A stretch of 62,798 bases of DNA, filler included, from Rhabdomonas costata (lineage: Eukaryota), in NCBI GenBank assembly GCA_019059605.1. It is 51 parts of 51 records of this genome, joined end to end, with 100 filler letters (N's around TTAATTAATTAA, not from the genome) between each part and the next. Parts side by side here need not be neighbours in the genome. Positions count along the whole stretch, not along the records: positions 37,010 to 38,142 come from JAHMHO010026945.1; positions 38,243 to 39,375 come from JAHMHO010026946.1; positions 39,476 to 40,608 come from JAHMHO010026947.1; positions 40,709 to 41,841 come from JAHMHO010026948.1; positions 41,942 to 43,074 come from JAHMHO010026949.1; positions 43,175 to 44,309 come from JAHMHO010026950.1; positions 44,410 to 45,542 come from JAHMHO010026951.1; positions 45,643 to 46,775 come from JAHMHO010026952.1; 43 more parts are not named here. One strand, written 5' to 3'. The notes beneath the pieces were generated by a model. The model had not been told where the DNA came from. It saw nothing but the letters and a program-made list of their open reading frames with translations, and made no database searches. Both the position numbers and the translations under genes were made by a program. Shown piece by piece: positions 37,751 through 48,428 of the stretch. Position 1 is the stretch's first letter; each line of letters opens with the position of its first letter.

Positions 37751-38113
37751 GTGGGCACGAAAATCACGTTTAAGTACACCAAGTTCCTCGGAGTGACAAA
37801 CCTGGAGGCCTCGACGGAGCTGTCGTTCAATTACACCCACACCAGCACCAAGACCTTCACCGACTCCACCTCCACCGCGGTCACCAGCAACTTCACCGCA
37901 GCGGTGCCCCCGAACTCCGAGATGTCGGCCAGCGTGATCGTGTACCACCAGGCCTGTGCCGACGTGCCCTTTACCGCGAAGAAGTACCAAGTCATGCGCC
38001 GCGCGGATGGCACCGCGGCGCGACTCCTCCTGGGTACTGTCAGCGGCGTGTTCAGCGGGGTGGACTCCTACCGCGCCACGGCGGAGTGGAAGAAGCCCGT
38101 CCCTCTCAGCTAA
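37751..38113 (+). CDS. Aerolysin/ETX-MTX2/natterin-like beta-pore-forming toxin domain, terminal exon
   Basis: VGTKITFKYTKFLGVTNLEASTELSFNYTHTSTKTFTDSTSTAVTSNFTAAVPPNSEMSASVIVYHQACADVPFTAK...GTVSGVFSGVDSY...*: amphipathic hairpin, S/T-rich strand, VPP, DVPFTA, G-x-F-x-GV. Confidence 0.88.
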   Translation: MGTKITFKYTKFLGVTNLEASTELSFNYTHTSTKTFTDSTSTAVTSNFTAAVPPNSEMSASVIVYHQACADVPFTAKKYQVMRRADGTAARLLLGTVSGVFSGVDSYRATAEWKKPVPLS

Positions 38114-39236
38114 ACTTCCCCCCTGCCTCCCTCTTCACAAACNNNNNNNNNNNNNNNNNNNNNNNNNNNNNNNNNNNNNNNNNNNNTTAATTAATTAANN
38201 NNNNNNNNNNNNNNNNNNNNNNNNNNNNNNNNNNNNNNNNNNTGTTGGTGGTGATGCCAGTGTGGCCTCGCAGGGGCGTATACTCGTCACTCAAAACTCT
38301 ACCTTCCTTAAGAAAGCAGCCCCTCCGAAGACCCACCCAGCGATAACGACCAAGAACTGCCGCTCCCAACAAAAACCGGTCCCGTGGGACAAGGGCTATG
38401 ACGGGCACAAGAATACTCCGTTCTGCTCATGACTGAGCTGCTGTCTGCGGGAAGGGGGAGAGGAGGGGCCACGTAATTCCCACGGGAGACAGCGGAGATT
38501 TCGCTGCCTTCGCAGCGTCGGGGTTTTCAGGGGAATTGCTAGGAGGCCCGGAGGGAAGCCGAGGCAGGGCAACGCCCACCCCGTACCGAGCAAAGCTCCG
38601 GGACGCGGGGCAGCCCAGCAGCACGTGAATCTGTGGGCACATGCACAGAACGTGAGTAAGGGGCCATTAAGAATGGGTTTATATTCAGTAAAACGACAAT
38701 TTGATGAGCGAGTTCACTATTGACACGGCAACTCCAATGCCGGAAATCCAAGAGACTCCCTATGCACACACACGCACTCTCTCTCTCTCTCTTTGACTTG
38801 GGACAGATATAAGTTGAGAGGATGGATGGAACCGGCTGGGTCGGAACAACTCCGGCTTGAAATCTAAGCGGAGCCAACCACATATGTCACGTTTTTAGGA
38901 ACTGGGGCATTTTTTTCCGTTAAACGGTAAACTGTCGAATTCTTAACCTTAAACAGTAAACCTAAACCCCCCTTTTGGAATAACATCATCTTTTGAGTGC
39001 AGACAGGCTTTAACTTCCCCAGCTCGGAAAATAACTTCCTTGGTTTCTTTGGTTAACGTTTTTTTTGTAACGGAGGGCACAGTGTCACCAACGAGCTCAG
39101 ACTGCAGGAAAGCACACTACTGGAGGTGGTAAGGGTGAGGCTGTGAGGAGTGAATGAGAGGGGGACTATAGCAAAAACTGGTGTGTTAAACGTTTAACAC
39201 CGTCAAACACCTAAAAGTCAAATTGTGAATGACCTT

Positions 39237-39320
39237 CCCCCCGTGGCACGCCCCCGCCTCATCCGTCCGCTCCAGCCGCGCCGCGGGCTGGCTTCCGCCC
39301 CGAAGGTAATGTTGTCCCAA
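39237..39320 (+). repeat. Dispersed repeat family A, copy 2
   Basis: Aligns with 2285-2363. Confidence 0.8.
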
Positions 39321-40114
39321 TCGATCCGCAAAGGGCAAAACTTTTAACGCCACCTCCCCCCTTTCCCGAATGCAANNNNNNNNNNNNNNNNNNNNNNNNN
39401 NNNNNNNNNNNNNNNNNNNTTAATTAATTAANNNNNNNNNNNNNNNNNNNNNNNNNNNNNNNNNNNNNNNNNNNNCCCCGCCTGAGGGTCGTCCCGAATC
39501 ACCCACGCCATTGGGGCCCCAGCGAAGAAGTGCCCGCAGTACCTTTGGTGGTGTGCACTTCGCGGTCTGGGCCCCTGCGACAGTCCTTCTGTTACTGAGA
39601 CCAGGTTTTTTGTTTTCGCATTCTGAGTGCTCATATGATTGTAATGTGTTTTCATATTGGACGCTTGTCGACTGGGCCGCTCATAACCTTCTGCACCAAA
39701 ATCTTCACAGGGCTGGTTTCCAACTATTTTTTTCAACAGTTCTCAAGCAAACAGAACAGGAACGCACCTCCACCCCGCCCGGGTGAGGGGCCGGCCGTAG
39801 TGCAGGGTGCGGCTGCCCCCCAGGCCCTTGCTGGTTGCCCACCACACATTGGGCGCCGGGGCTACCTTCAGTCCTTTGGAATTCAGCGAGGGAGTGAGGA
39901 GTGAGGAGTGAGGGAGAGAACAAACCGATGAGGAGCAGGAGGAGCGCTGCGCCTGCCGTGTCGATCCACATATTGTCACCAGTGCAAGGCTTCTCCTACT
40001 GAGACAGGCTATTCTACGTCAAGGCCAGCGTCCGGTCAATCAAACGAAACAACTGGCTTCCGAGGGCACGGGTGGCCGCAAGTCCTAAATCTGGCAGTGA
40101 GGGGTTGTTAGCCA

Positions 40115-40604
40115 GGGTTTCGAGTGGATGTGGTTGTTATTCTGAAATAAGGTGAGCCTGCTCCCGGTGCGGGAAAATCTTTTCCAAGCGATGCAGGGCA
40201 TACCGGCAGCATTGACGTGAGGGGAAGCCAGCAACATTTTCTTCGGTCTGCTTTCGTGCAGCAGAAGAAAAAGAGCATCTCCACCTCCCCCTACTTTCCC
40301 AAAGAAAGAGAATCGAGAGAATCCTGCGAAGCAAAAAAGACTTTTCAGAATAACAGGGAGAATAACTTCCCTCCTGTCAGCGTCCGCCCTTTTGTTCGCT
40401 CGCTTCATGTCTTGTGGGCAGATCTATTCCAATTCAGTTTCACTCAGTCTCATACATCCCTATGGGACTTTCCGGTTGGAACATCAGCCTGCACCCCAAC
40501 CAGAGGAGCCACGGCGCCCACTCAGAAGATCTCAAAAGCACCCGACTTTCCTAGGGAACAGGCTCACCTTATTTCAGAATAACAACCACATCCACTCGAA
40601 ACCC
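40115..40604. mobile_element. 490-nt MITE-like element with perfect 46-nt terminal inverted repeats
   Basis: 40115-40160 is the exact reverse complement of 40559-40604 (51 nt with one mismatch). Interior is non-coding; target-site duplication cannot be assessed at the contig end. Confidence 0.7.
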
Positions 40605-41121
40605 ACCCNNNNNNNNNNNNNNNNNNNNNNNNNNNNNNNNNNNNNNNNNNNNTTAATTAATTAANNNNNNNNNNNNNNNNNNNNNNNNNNNNNNNNNNNN
40701 NNNNNNNNTGTGGGGTGTCTTAATTCGCCGTCAAAGATTTCTAGATGGTGCTAGATGGCTTTTCGACAGCCGCCCCAGTTCCCTCAGACGTAGTGTGGGT
40801 CCCAGATTGCGCTAAATGACGTGATGACTAGCCGCCCATGATTTTTTTGTGGAGATACCAGCCTGCGTGAAACGTGTGCTCAGCCCTCAAACTTAGCGAA
40901 TGAGCTTCATCGTCACAGTCATACACGAAGCACATACATACGCACGCAAGCAAGCAAATCAAGGCTTCACTGCCTCAACACTGTCATACGCGCACATGGC
41001 TGTCACTGCTGTATTCTCTGAGCAAGCTATCCGTTTCCTTGTTTCTGATTACGTACCTTGCGTCATTTTTCGGTTTTTTAGCCTCAAAGTGGAAAGAGTT
41101 GGTTAGTTTATTTTTGGGCAG

Positions 41122-41238
41122 GTGGACGAGGCGAGAACAATCATGGACACCCTGCACTGCCTGAACGTTAGCCCTGCCCTGCCCACGGCCTGCGCCCTTT
41201 CGGAGGAAGAGCGCCAGGAGTGCAGCCGCCTAGCGCAG
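41122..41238 (+). CDS. Hypothetical protein, internal exon
   Basis: 117-nt exon with CAG/GT borders: VDEARTIMDTLHCLNVSPALPTACALSEEERQECSRLAQ. Confidence 0.55.
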
Positions 41239-41646
41239 GTCGGCTACTATTTGCCCGCCCCTCTCCCCCATTACAAACGAAGAGAATTTTATGACTGCTG
41301 GATCACCATGCCGCTCTATTCCAAGCACCCAGCAAATTCGCATTTATTCCCGAAGTTGATTTATTTTCGTCCCTATAACAGGGAGTTAACAAGGTGAAGA
41401 GGCATCCTGGACCTTCAGAACAGTCCTTAAGTGCAGGAACTTACTCCCTGCTTCTACAGCCGCTCTCGGAAACTATGAGACCAGCACTCGGAAATTAGGA
41501 GACTTTTCTAGGCATGAGAATGGAAGTATGTTGAGGTGAAACGAAGTTTAAGGCCATCCAGAATCCTCCATGTGAGTGGAGTTGCACCATCGTCTAGTCC
41601 CGAGGACAGAGAGTAGGGGTGGCGGGTGTATGCCCGTCAATGAGTT

Positions 41647-41671
41647 TCTCTCTCTCTCTCTCTCTCTCTCT
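41647..41671. repeat. (CT)n microsatellite
   Basis: Directly visible. Confidence 0.9.
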
Positions 41672-43300
41672 CGAAGTTCTGTATTTTCTAGGTAGTGTTT
41701 TAGCCAGGGAACTCTGAATCCTTTCCCTTTCTCTCTCTCTCCCTCTCATTCTGTTCTCGGGCCCCTTTGCTCCGCAGTCCCCTTCTCCCGCACCCCTCGA
41801 TAGATTTGATGTACTTCTCTCCTACGTCACCCCAACCACAANNNNNNNNNNNNNNNNNNNNNNNNNNNNNNNNNNNNNNNNNNNNTTAATTAATTAANNN
41901 NNNNNNNNNNNNNNNNNNNNNNNNNNNNNNNNNNNNNNNNNCAGGACACTACGGGGAGTCCCCCGGGCGGCTCCAGCTCGTAAATGAGCTCCCCGGTTTG
42001 CGTCTTTGGGGCACTAACAGGGTACGAAAAGCACTGGTTTTTTTGCATGGTGTGTGGTGTGGTATGACCTGTAGCATTTTCCGTGGATGTAATTTGGTTT
42101 TAACTGGGGCGGGGGGAAAGAAGAACAAAAAGTGGGAGGTGACCAATGTCCCCTCGCTCGCAGTTGTTACAGTTGTTGCAGTCGTGACTTCTGCTTGCAG
42201 CGGTGCTTCTGCTCCGTGGACGACCCGGGCTGGCGAATGAGCACAAAAAGAAAGTGCAAGGGAGCACTTTCCATGCTGCTTGTGAGTATTTCCGCGATAC
42301 AGGATGTTTAGGGGCTTTTTTCTCATTGTTTTCCAGCATATTATCCCCCATTTCTATGCCTCATCGTGCTCTGCCGTTCAACATCCGTGATCCGCTTTGT
42401 CCTGTCTTGTCTCGTGTTGTGCTGTGCTCGTGTGCAGGTGTGTAGTAGTGTGGGACGTACCGGGGACGTTGTGCTACAGTATTGCCAGTGCTACTTGTTC
42501 TTGCCTTGGTGCTCACCATTCAGCGTGCTTTCTTTGGAACCGTGTTGCTTAGCAGGAGAGGGAGTACAGGGGGTAACCGCACTACCAACCGTGGATTCCC
42601 AAGTAAATGAAAGAGCAAAGGAGAAGTCTGGTCATTTCATGGTCGTTTGCCCGTGGTCTGCACCGGGCTTTTGGCGCCTGCTTCCGTCAAGACAACAACC
42701 GTCCACAAATGTTCCAGCAGGCCAAAAGCACTAGACAGAAGAAAAGGGCATGCGAAGAAATTGAAATCTGTGCCAACAGGTAGCGTTCCGGGAACATGGC
42801 GCCGGGTTTTCCCAAACAGTTCTCGGAAATGCAATGCCCAAATACCCCTGTCAGGACCAGGGGTACCGCCTTGAAAACTTTTCAGGTTCACAGGTTGGAG
42901 CCGCCAAAAAGGCAACGGGGCGGAAAAGCAAATTGATGAGAAAAGGCGGTGAAAAAAGGGTGGAAAGGTTGCCAACGTTAAAAAAGTTTGTTATGAAGCG
43001 GGCCATGGCATTAGTACGACAGAGGGAATGCGGGAAGCCGAGCCGAATGCCCGAGGATCGCAGCCCCACCCCCCNNNNNNNNNNNNNNNNNNNNNNNNNN
43101 NNNNNNNNNNNNNNNNNNTTAATTAATTAANNNNNNNNNNNNNNNNNNNNNNNNNNNNNNNNNNNNNNNNNNNNGTGGGTTGGTTTACTCCTAATACCTC
43201 GTAGCTGCTTCACGCAACTTGCTGGTGGGACGCCTTACATGTCTTTTCCGAAGGTCTGACTGAGGAGGGAGGTTTGTAGCGCTCACTTTCCCTGCGTTAG

Positions 43301-43476
43301 GGATGACTAATACTCACTCCGTGATGACTGTGGTGGCAACGGAGCGCGCGGTGTTCTACCGCGAGCGCGCTGCGGGGATGTATTCCTCGCTGGTCTACGG
43401 TCTGGTGGTGAGGCTGGCAGAGATGCCGTACCAGATTGTCGTCAGCTTCATCTTTGTCGCGATTTTCTACTGGATG
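43301..43476 (+). CDS. ABCG/PDR transporter transmembrane-domain exon
   Basis: VVATERAVFYRERAAGMYSSLVYGLVVRLAEMPYQIVVSFIFVAIFYWM; the donor merges into a (GT)n run at 43477-43501. Confidence 0.95.
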
Positions 43477-43783
43477 GTGTGTGTGTGTGTGTGTGTGTGT
43501 GAGTATCGGGAGCGGAAAAGTCGCAGCGACGAAGAGAGGAGCGCAGCAGTAACGGGTGGCAGCGGGTGCAGCAGAGGTGGAAACCAAGCGACCCCAAGCG
43601 GTGAGCAGGACCTGAGAAGGATGGGATGGGAAGCGACGACCCGAAATGGGCAGTGGACACCAGGGAGGGGAGCGACCAGACCAAGCAGGTGGGAAGGGAG
43701 TGAAGGGAAGCACACACAGACAGGAGTGCGGGCAATAGCAGGACCCAGGCTTACGCGAAGGCGTAAGGGGGACCTGCAGGCCA

Positions 43784-43876
43784 ACCGGGGTGTACGAGCG
43801 CGGAGGGTTGGGCACCCATGAAGAGTACTCCAAACGCGCCAGTCGGGGTTCCCAAGGCCCCGCGTACCCCCACGGT
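43784..43876 (+). ncRNA. Candidate twister-like ribozyme fold (P5-type permutation), atypical
   Basis: P5 GTACG/CGTAC (43792-96/43863-67), P2 CGCG/CGCG (43799-802/43835-38), GA+GGG (43803-07) pairing with loop CCC (43851-53), AAA before P2, P4 CGGG/CCCG around GTTCCCAAGGC, CC/GG second pseudoknot. Confidence 0.5.
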
Positions 43877-45642
43877 CGTACGTCCCGAGGGGACAAGAAC
43901 CCTGCGAGGCAGGGGAAAGGTACGGGGGGGAAACGCGAGTCTTCCCCAGAAAAAATAATTTTGGCCAAGTGCCCTAAGTGTGTGATCTGCAACTGGTCAG
44001 AATGTGCTTGCAAACCCGCTAACCCGTTAACCCGCTCGCCGTACGTTAACTTGCGGCTCAGCCATTTGATGGTGAGCCTAACCTGGTTTCCTGCTGTTAT
44101 GGAATCCAAATTACCTGGAGGCGACTTTCTTACCCAAACTCTGGCCACTCAGCCCGAACCCTAAACTTGGTAAAGGTGTGCGCATAAGGGTGCGGTATCG
44201 GTGTTATTAGGTGGCATGTATCAGTCGATTCAACAGTCGACCACCTTTGTACGTTACACCGTGAACTCAGAACCATGGCAGCCTGTGTTTTTTTTGTGGG
44301 CGTTATGCCNNNNNNNNNNNNNNNNNNNNNNNNNNNNNNNNNNNNNNNNNNNNTTAATTAATTAANNNNNNNNNNNNNNNNNNNNNNNNNNNNNNNNNNN
44401 NNNNNNNNNGTTCGAGCCCTTACGGTACCTTAACCCGGAGGTGTACAGCGCGATGGCGGCGGTTGTGTGGGACCACCGCCCGGGGAACTCCCCCCGCGCT
44501 CTTTCCCCGAAGTGCGTGGTGAACTGTATCCAGACCACGTGTGGAAACCGATACCGCGCATTCCTTTTTCTCGCGGGGAAGTCGCCTTCGCTTGTAGATC
44601 TACTATAGTTTTCTTTCAACGCTGCTTCAGCGCAGTATGTTGATTTTCCTGCACTGCTTGATGGCAAAGTTGCCTGCTGCTGTGAGGACAAGGATGAGCA
44701 AAGCCATAAAACTTAATTTTGACAACCACACCACCACCACCACCACTGTGGGTTGGGAGCCTGAGCCCAGCCCATCCAGTATAGAGGGCGATATAAGTGT
44801 TCCGTTTTTTCGTACATTGGTGGACTTCGCAAGAGGTTAGAGGTCAATGCACATGACTTCTGGGACTCCATAGGAGATTTTGCAGGGATGAGAGGACAGT
44901 GCAGCGTCTCCCCTGAAGTTCCGTTAACACTTTGCCGGGCGTTAGATGGTGAAGTACTCACTCCAGTTTTGCAGCAGGTTGGCTTTATTCGGGATGTGTT
45001 GGGCGGCAGAGCGCAGCGGAGCGGATCCTGGGTACAATCAAAGGCGGGGGATTCATCAGTAGTACCTTTGTCATTTTTTCTGCGGATGGCCTCCGTCTAA
45101 TTTTTTCTTCTTTCCCACCTGCACCTGAATGGAGTCGAAGAGCATTCAAATTCTGCCACTCAATATCGTTTTTGCTTAAGAAAAGACAGAGGTTCTGCCC
45201 GGTTTAAGGTCCCAAATGTTCCCGTATACCACCCTTGATCCGTGCAAGTAATTGGGAATCCGCCCATGTATCAATCTACCTATGATGGAACATGGGCCCA
45301 CCCCTGAGTACATGTTTCCGACATTGCCCCACTCCACGTACTCTGGAAAAACTTGAATTTCTCTCAGCCCAATCCCCATGCCACTGAACTGGCAGCTGCT
45401 TGTTGGCTTCCTCGCTGCGGTGTGGTTCACGGTGGCTCTATTGGTGACGCTCCCGCTGCCCTCCTCCTCGATCCGCGAGATGGGATCACCCCAGTCAACG
45501 ATTTGCCGCACCTCGGAATGCTTCATGGATCTTGCCGAGACGNNNNNNNNNNNNNNNNNNNNNNNNNNNNNNNNNNNNNNNNNNNNTTAATTAATTAANN
45601 NNNNNNNNNNNNNNNNNNNNNNNNNNNNNNNNNNNNNNNNNN

Positions 45643-46484
45643 AGCAATTCCATATCCATGTCCACACCAAAGACTCCTGTGATGTTAGCGCCAGCCATGG
45701 TAGCCACCGAACGCGCGTATAGAAGGGCAGGAGGCTTGACAATTCCATCCAAAACCTCAGCATAAACACTCGAAACCCAAAACAAGGGTATGCGTTGTAT
45801 GAGAGTTAACTCCTCTAACGGGTATGCGTTGTATGAGAGATCAGCATCTTTCCAAAGTAAATAATGTTGGCTCCCCTTGGGACTTTTCTCCCAATACACG
45901 TAACGCTGGTCATTGCCCATTGCATAAAACGTGTAATTGGAGGAGCTGCCCCACCCGCACTCCGTCCATTGCCCTGACATCACAGGATTGGGCTCATCAT
46001 AGTAGATGTACTTGAACGGTAGCGAGCGGAAGCTTTGAATTTGTTCCAGAAATTGCACGAGGAACTCATCCAGTGTAAGTTCAGGGGAGTCCAGGTTGCA
46101 GGACTTGAGGAAGCCCATTTTCCATGCCTTAAGAAGGGCTTCCGTGGCTCCCTCCGCGGCATCCAGACGACGGTTTATGGTTTCGCCCACGAGTTCCATA
46201 GCTCTAAAATGGAGTCTGAACACAGCGCCATCTATTCGGGTGTGGACTTCCCACGTCATTTGCAGCGCCTGCTCGGCAGTATTATCCGAATGATTGGAGA
46301 CATCTGCGGCCAAGTTGATGCGAGACTGGGAGGCATGGGTGACCATTTGAGCCACGGCTGCCGCGTTGCTGGCGCAGTCGAGGGCTTCAAAGGCGTAGAC
46401 CGAAAGTAGCACTCCAAATATGCCACCGGAAACAAAAACAAAGGTAACCACTCCAATTGCGAGGACAAGAAGACGCAACTTCAT
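45643..46484 (-). CDS. Membrane receptor N-terminus: transmembrane helix plus extracellular Cache-like domain (3' truncated)
   Basis: 280 open codons with no intron: MKLRLLVLAIGVVTFVFVSGGIFGVLLSVYAF...WVSSVY...ALLYARSV...ITGVFGVDMDM (Cache GVxGxD end). Confidence 0.75.
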
Positions 46485-46700
46485 CTGACAATCTAACAAT
46501 CAGTTACATTCTTCCCATTATGTACAGAGGCAGAGTGGAGCCAAAAAGCTGACCCTGCAAAGAAAGAGAGGGTCCACGATTTCCATTTCAAAAGCCAGGA
46601 AGCAGCACAGGAAAGTCAAACCAAAGAAGAAAGACGGAAATCTACGTATTCAGAAACCTACAAGCTTGGGCCGTCTGTTGCTTAACATAACATCAGCAAT

Positions 46701-46775
46701 CAACATCAACATCAACATCAACATCAACATCAACATCAACATCAACATCAACATCAACATCAACATCAACATCAA
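46701..46775. repeat. (CAACAT)n hexamer microsatellite running off the contig end
   Basis: At least 12 perfect copies. Confidence 0.95.
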
Positions 46776-46875
46776 NNNNNNNNNNNNNNNNNNNNNNNNN
46801 NNNNNNNNNNNNNNNNNNNTTAATTAATTAANNNNNNNNNNNNNNNNNNNNNNNNNNNNNNNNNNNNNNNNNNNN

Positions 46876-47989
46876 GGGGTTTGGTGACCAGCTCCACCGC
46901 AATGGTGACCCGCTTGGTCTGCTCCACGGAAAGCCCGCTGCCCTTTTCTCCGATCAGCTGGTACTGGATCGGTCGAAGCCCCAAGAGGTCCATGACCTTC
47001 TGCACCTGCTCCTCCTTTTGCTCCTTCGACATTGACCTATCACCCAACATCCACCTATCACCAGAAGCCTTATGAGAAATAAAATTGGGGCATGAACACT
47101 CGTGGCTGGGTGTAAACGCCCTTCCATAAGCAGGCTGCGATTCGCGTCACAAGCGAAGGTGCTGCGCATTTTGAATTGAATGAACGAATATAAACAGGGG
47201 GGGGGGTAAAATGGACTAGACAGAAAAAAACCATAGTCGGAAACCCTACACGGCGCCTGATTTCATGGGAAGTTTAAAAGCCTGTGAGGGGGATTGGATG
47301 AGCAGAGAAGAAGGGGTCACGCGGCACCTAGGCAGGCGGAGGTACCCCGAGAACCGCATTGCCTCCAGCACCGTCGCAAGGGGGCTGTGAATATCGCTCT
47401 GCTCTACGTACCTGCGAGGTGTTCGACATGGTGAGGAAAGGGGGCGAAGGTTTGGTCACTGACGAAGGTTATCCTTTTGTTGTGATTTTCCGTCGTCTTC
47501 CCGCGGGAAGGACAAGACCAGAATGTATCTGCGTGCGTTCTGCCGATGTGCACATGGAACACTTGCATGAGAACAGTGAGCAGTGCGTATCAAAAGACAA
47601 GGCAAAAATGAAGGACTTTGGCCCAATTGACGTTGGGGGGGGGCAGAAAATTATAAATAGTTTGTTCGTGCTTTCACCTGAAATGACTTTTTTAGAGAAG
47701 GAGAAGAGGGTTGCACCAAAAGAATTCTCTAACCACATGACACATGGTTTTTCGGGGAGGCCTAGCTAAGGAGTGAATTCCCCAAATTAATCCTCGGCAT
47801 CATTGGGAAAACATCCAAGCGAGCGCAGCCTTAACCTTTAGATGACAGCTGGAAGAAAAAAAAGGGGGGGGGGTTCTACCCGCTGATCCGCCCGAACTCC
47901 CTTTTGGACATGGGCTTTCCGTTCAGCAGGATATCACCCTCGATCTTCCCCGTGGTCTTGCGCCCAGCCAGGACGTCCATCAAGGTGGT
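46876..47989 (-). CDS. PDR-type ABCG transporter NBD2, exons 47989-47880, 47411-47328, 47036-46876
   Basis: [24 protein letters not shown]...[32 protein letters not shown]...[20 protein letters not shown]; all phases are consistent. Confidence 0.96.
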
Positions 47990-48108
47990 CTTGAACCCCC
48001 CCCCCCAANNNNNNNNNNNNNNNNNNNNNNNNNNNNNNNNNNNNNNNNNNNNTTAATTAATTAANNNNNNNNNNNNNNNNNNNNNNNNNNNNNNNNNNNN
48101 NNNNNNNN

Positions 48109-48428
48109 TACAGTGGGCCCTGTCCCTTGCCCTACCCGTGAGGACTGCGAGATGATGGCAGTCCGGGTGGAGGTCCGGGACACGGGGATCGGGCTCAGCG
48201 CGGAGCAGCAGGGGCGGCTTTTCCAGGCCTTCGGGCAGGCCACCGCGGAGACCTGGGCACAGTACGGGGGCAGCGGGCTTGGGCTGGTGATCGCAGCGAA
48301 GCTGGTGCAGCTGATGGGAGGTCGGCTTTTCGTGGACCCGGAGGGGACTGCGGTGGGTCGAGGGGCGACGTTTGTAGTGGAGGTGACGCTGCCCACTGCG
48401 GAAATTTCCCCCGACCTGATCCCCAGAG
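48109..48428 (+). CDS. Histidine kinase HATPase_c domain exon
   Basis: VEVRDTGIGLS (G1), RLFQAFGQ (F), YGGSGLGLVIAAKLVQLMGG (G2), GRGATFVVEVTLP (G3); GT donor at 48429. Confidence 0.95.

Noticed and set aside
11308-38113. ART plus aerolysin (plus GH18) as a linked toxin-delivery system
   Set aside because: They lie on different, arbitrarily ordered contigs; linkage cannot be inferred.
43880-43925. Hammerhead ribozyme (stem followed by GAAA)
   Set aside because: The CUGANGA core is missing; CAAGAA is present instead.
44410-44511. tRNA T-arm (GTTCGAGCCC) and resemblance to the 5' part of the twister candidate
   Set aside because: No cloverleaf; it reads better as a coding exon (FEPLRYLNPEVYSAMAAVVWDH...) ending at a GTGCGT donor.
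45378-45542. M13 peptidase-like N-terminus (TM helix plus CRTSEC)
   Set aside because: Too short and truncated, and a second open frame competes; not supportable.
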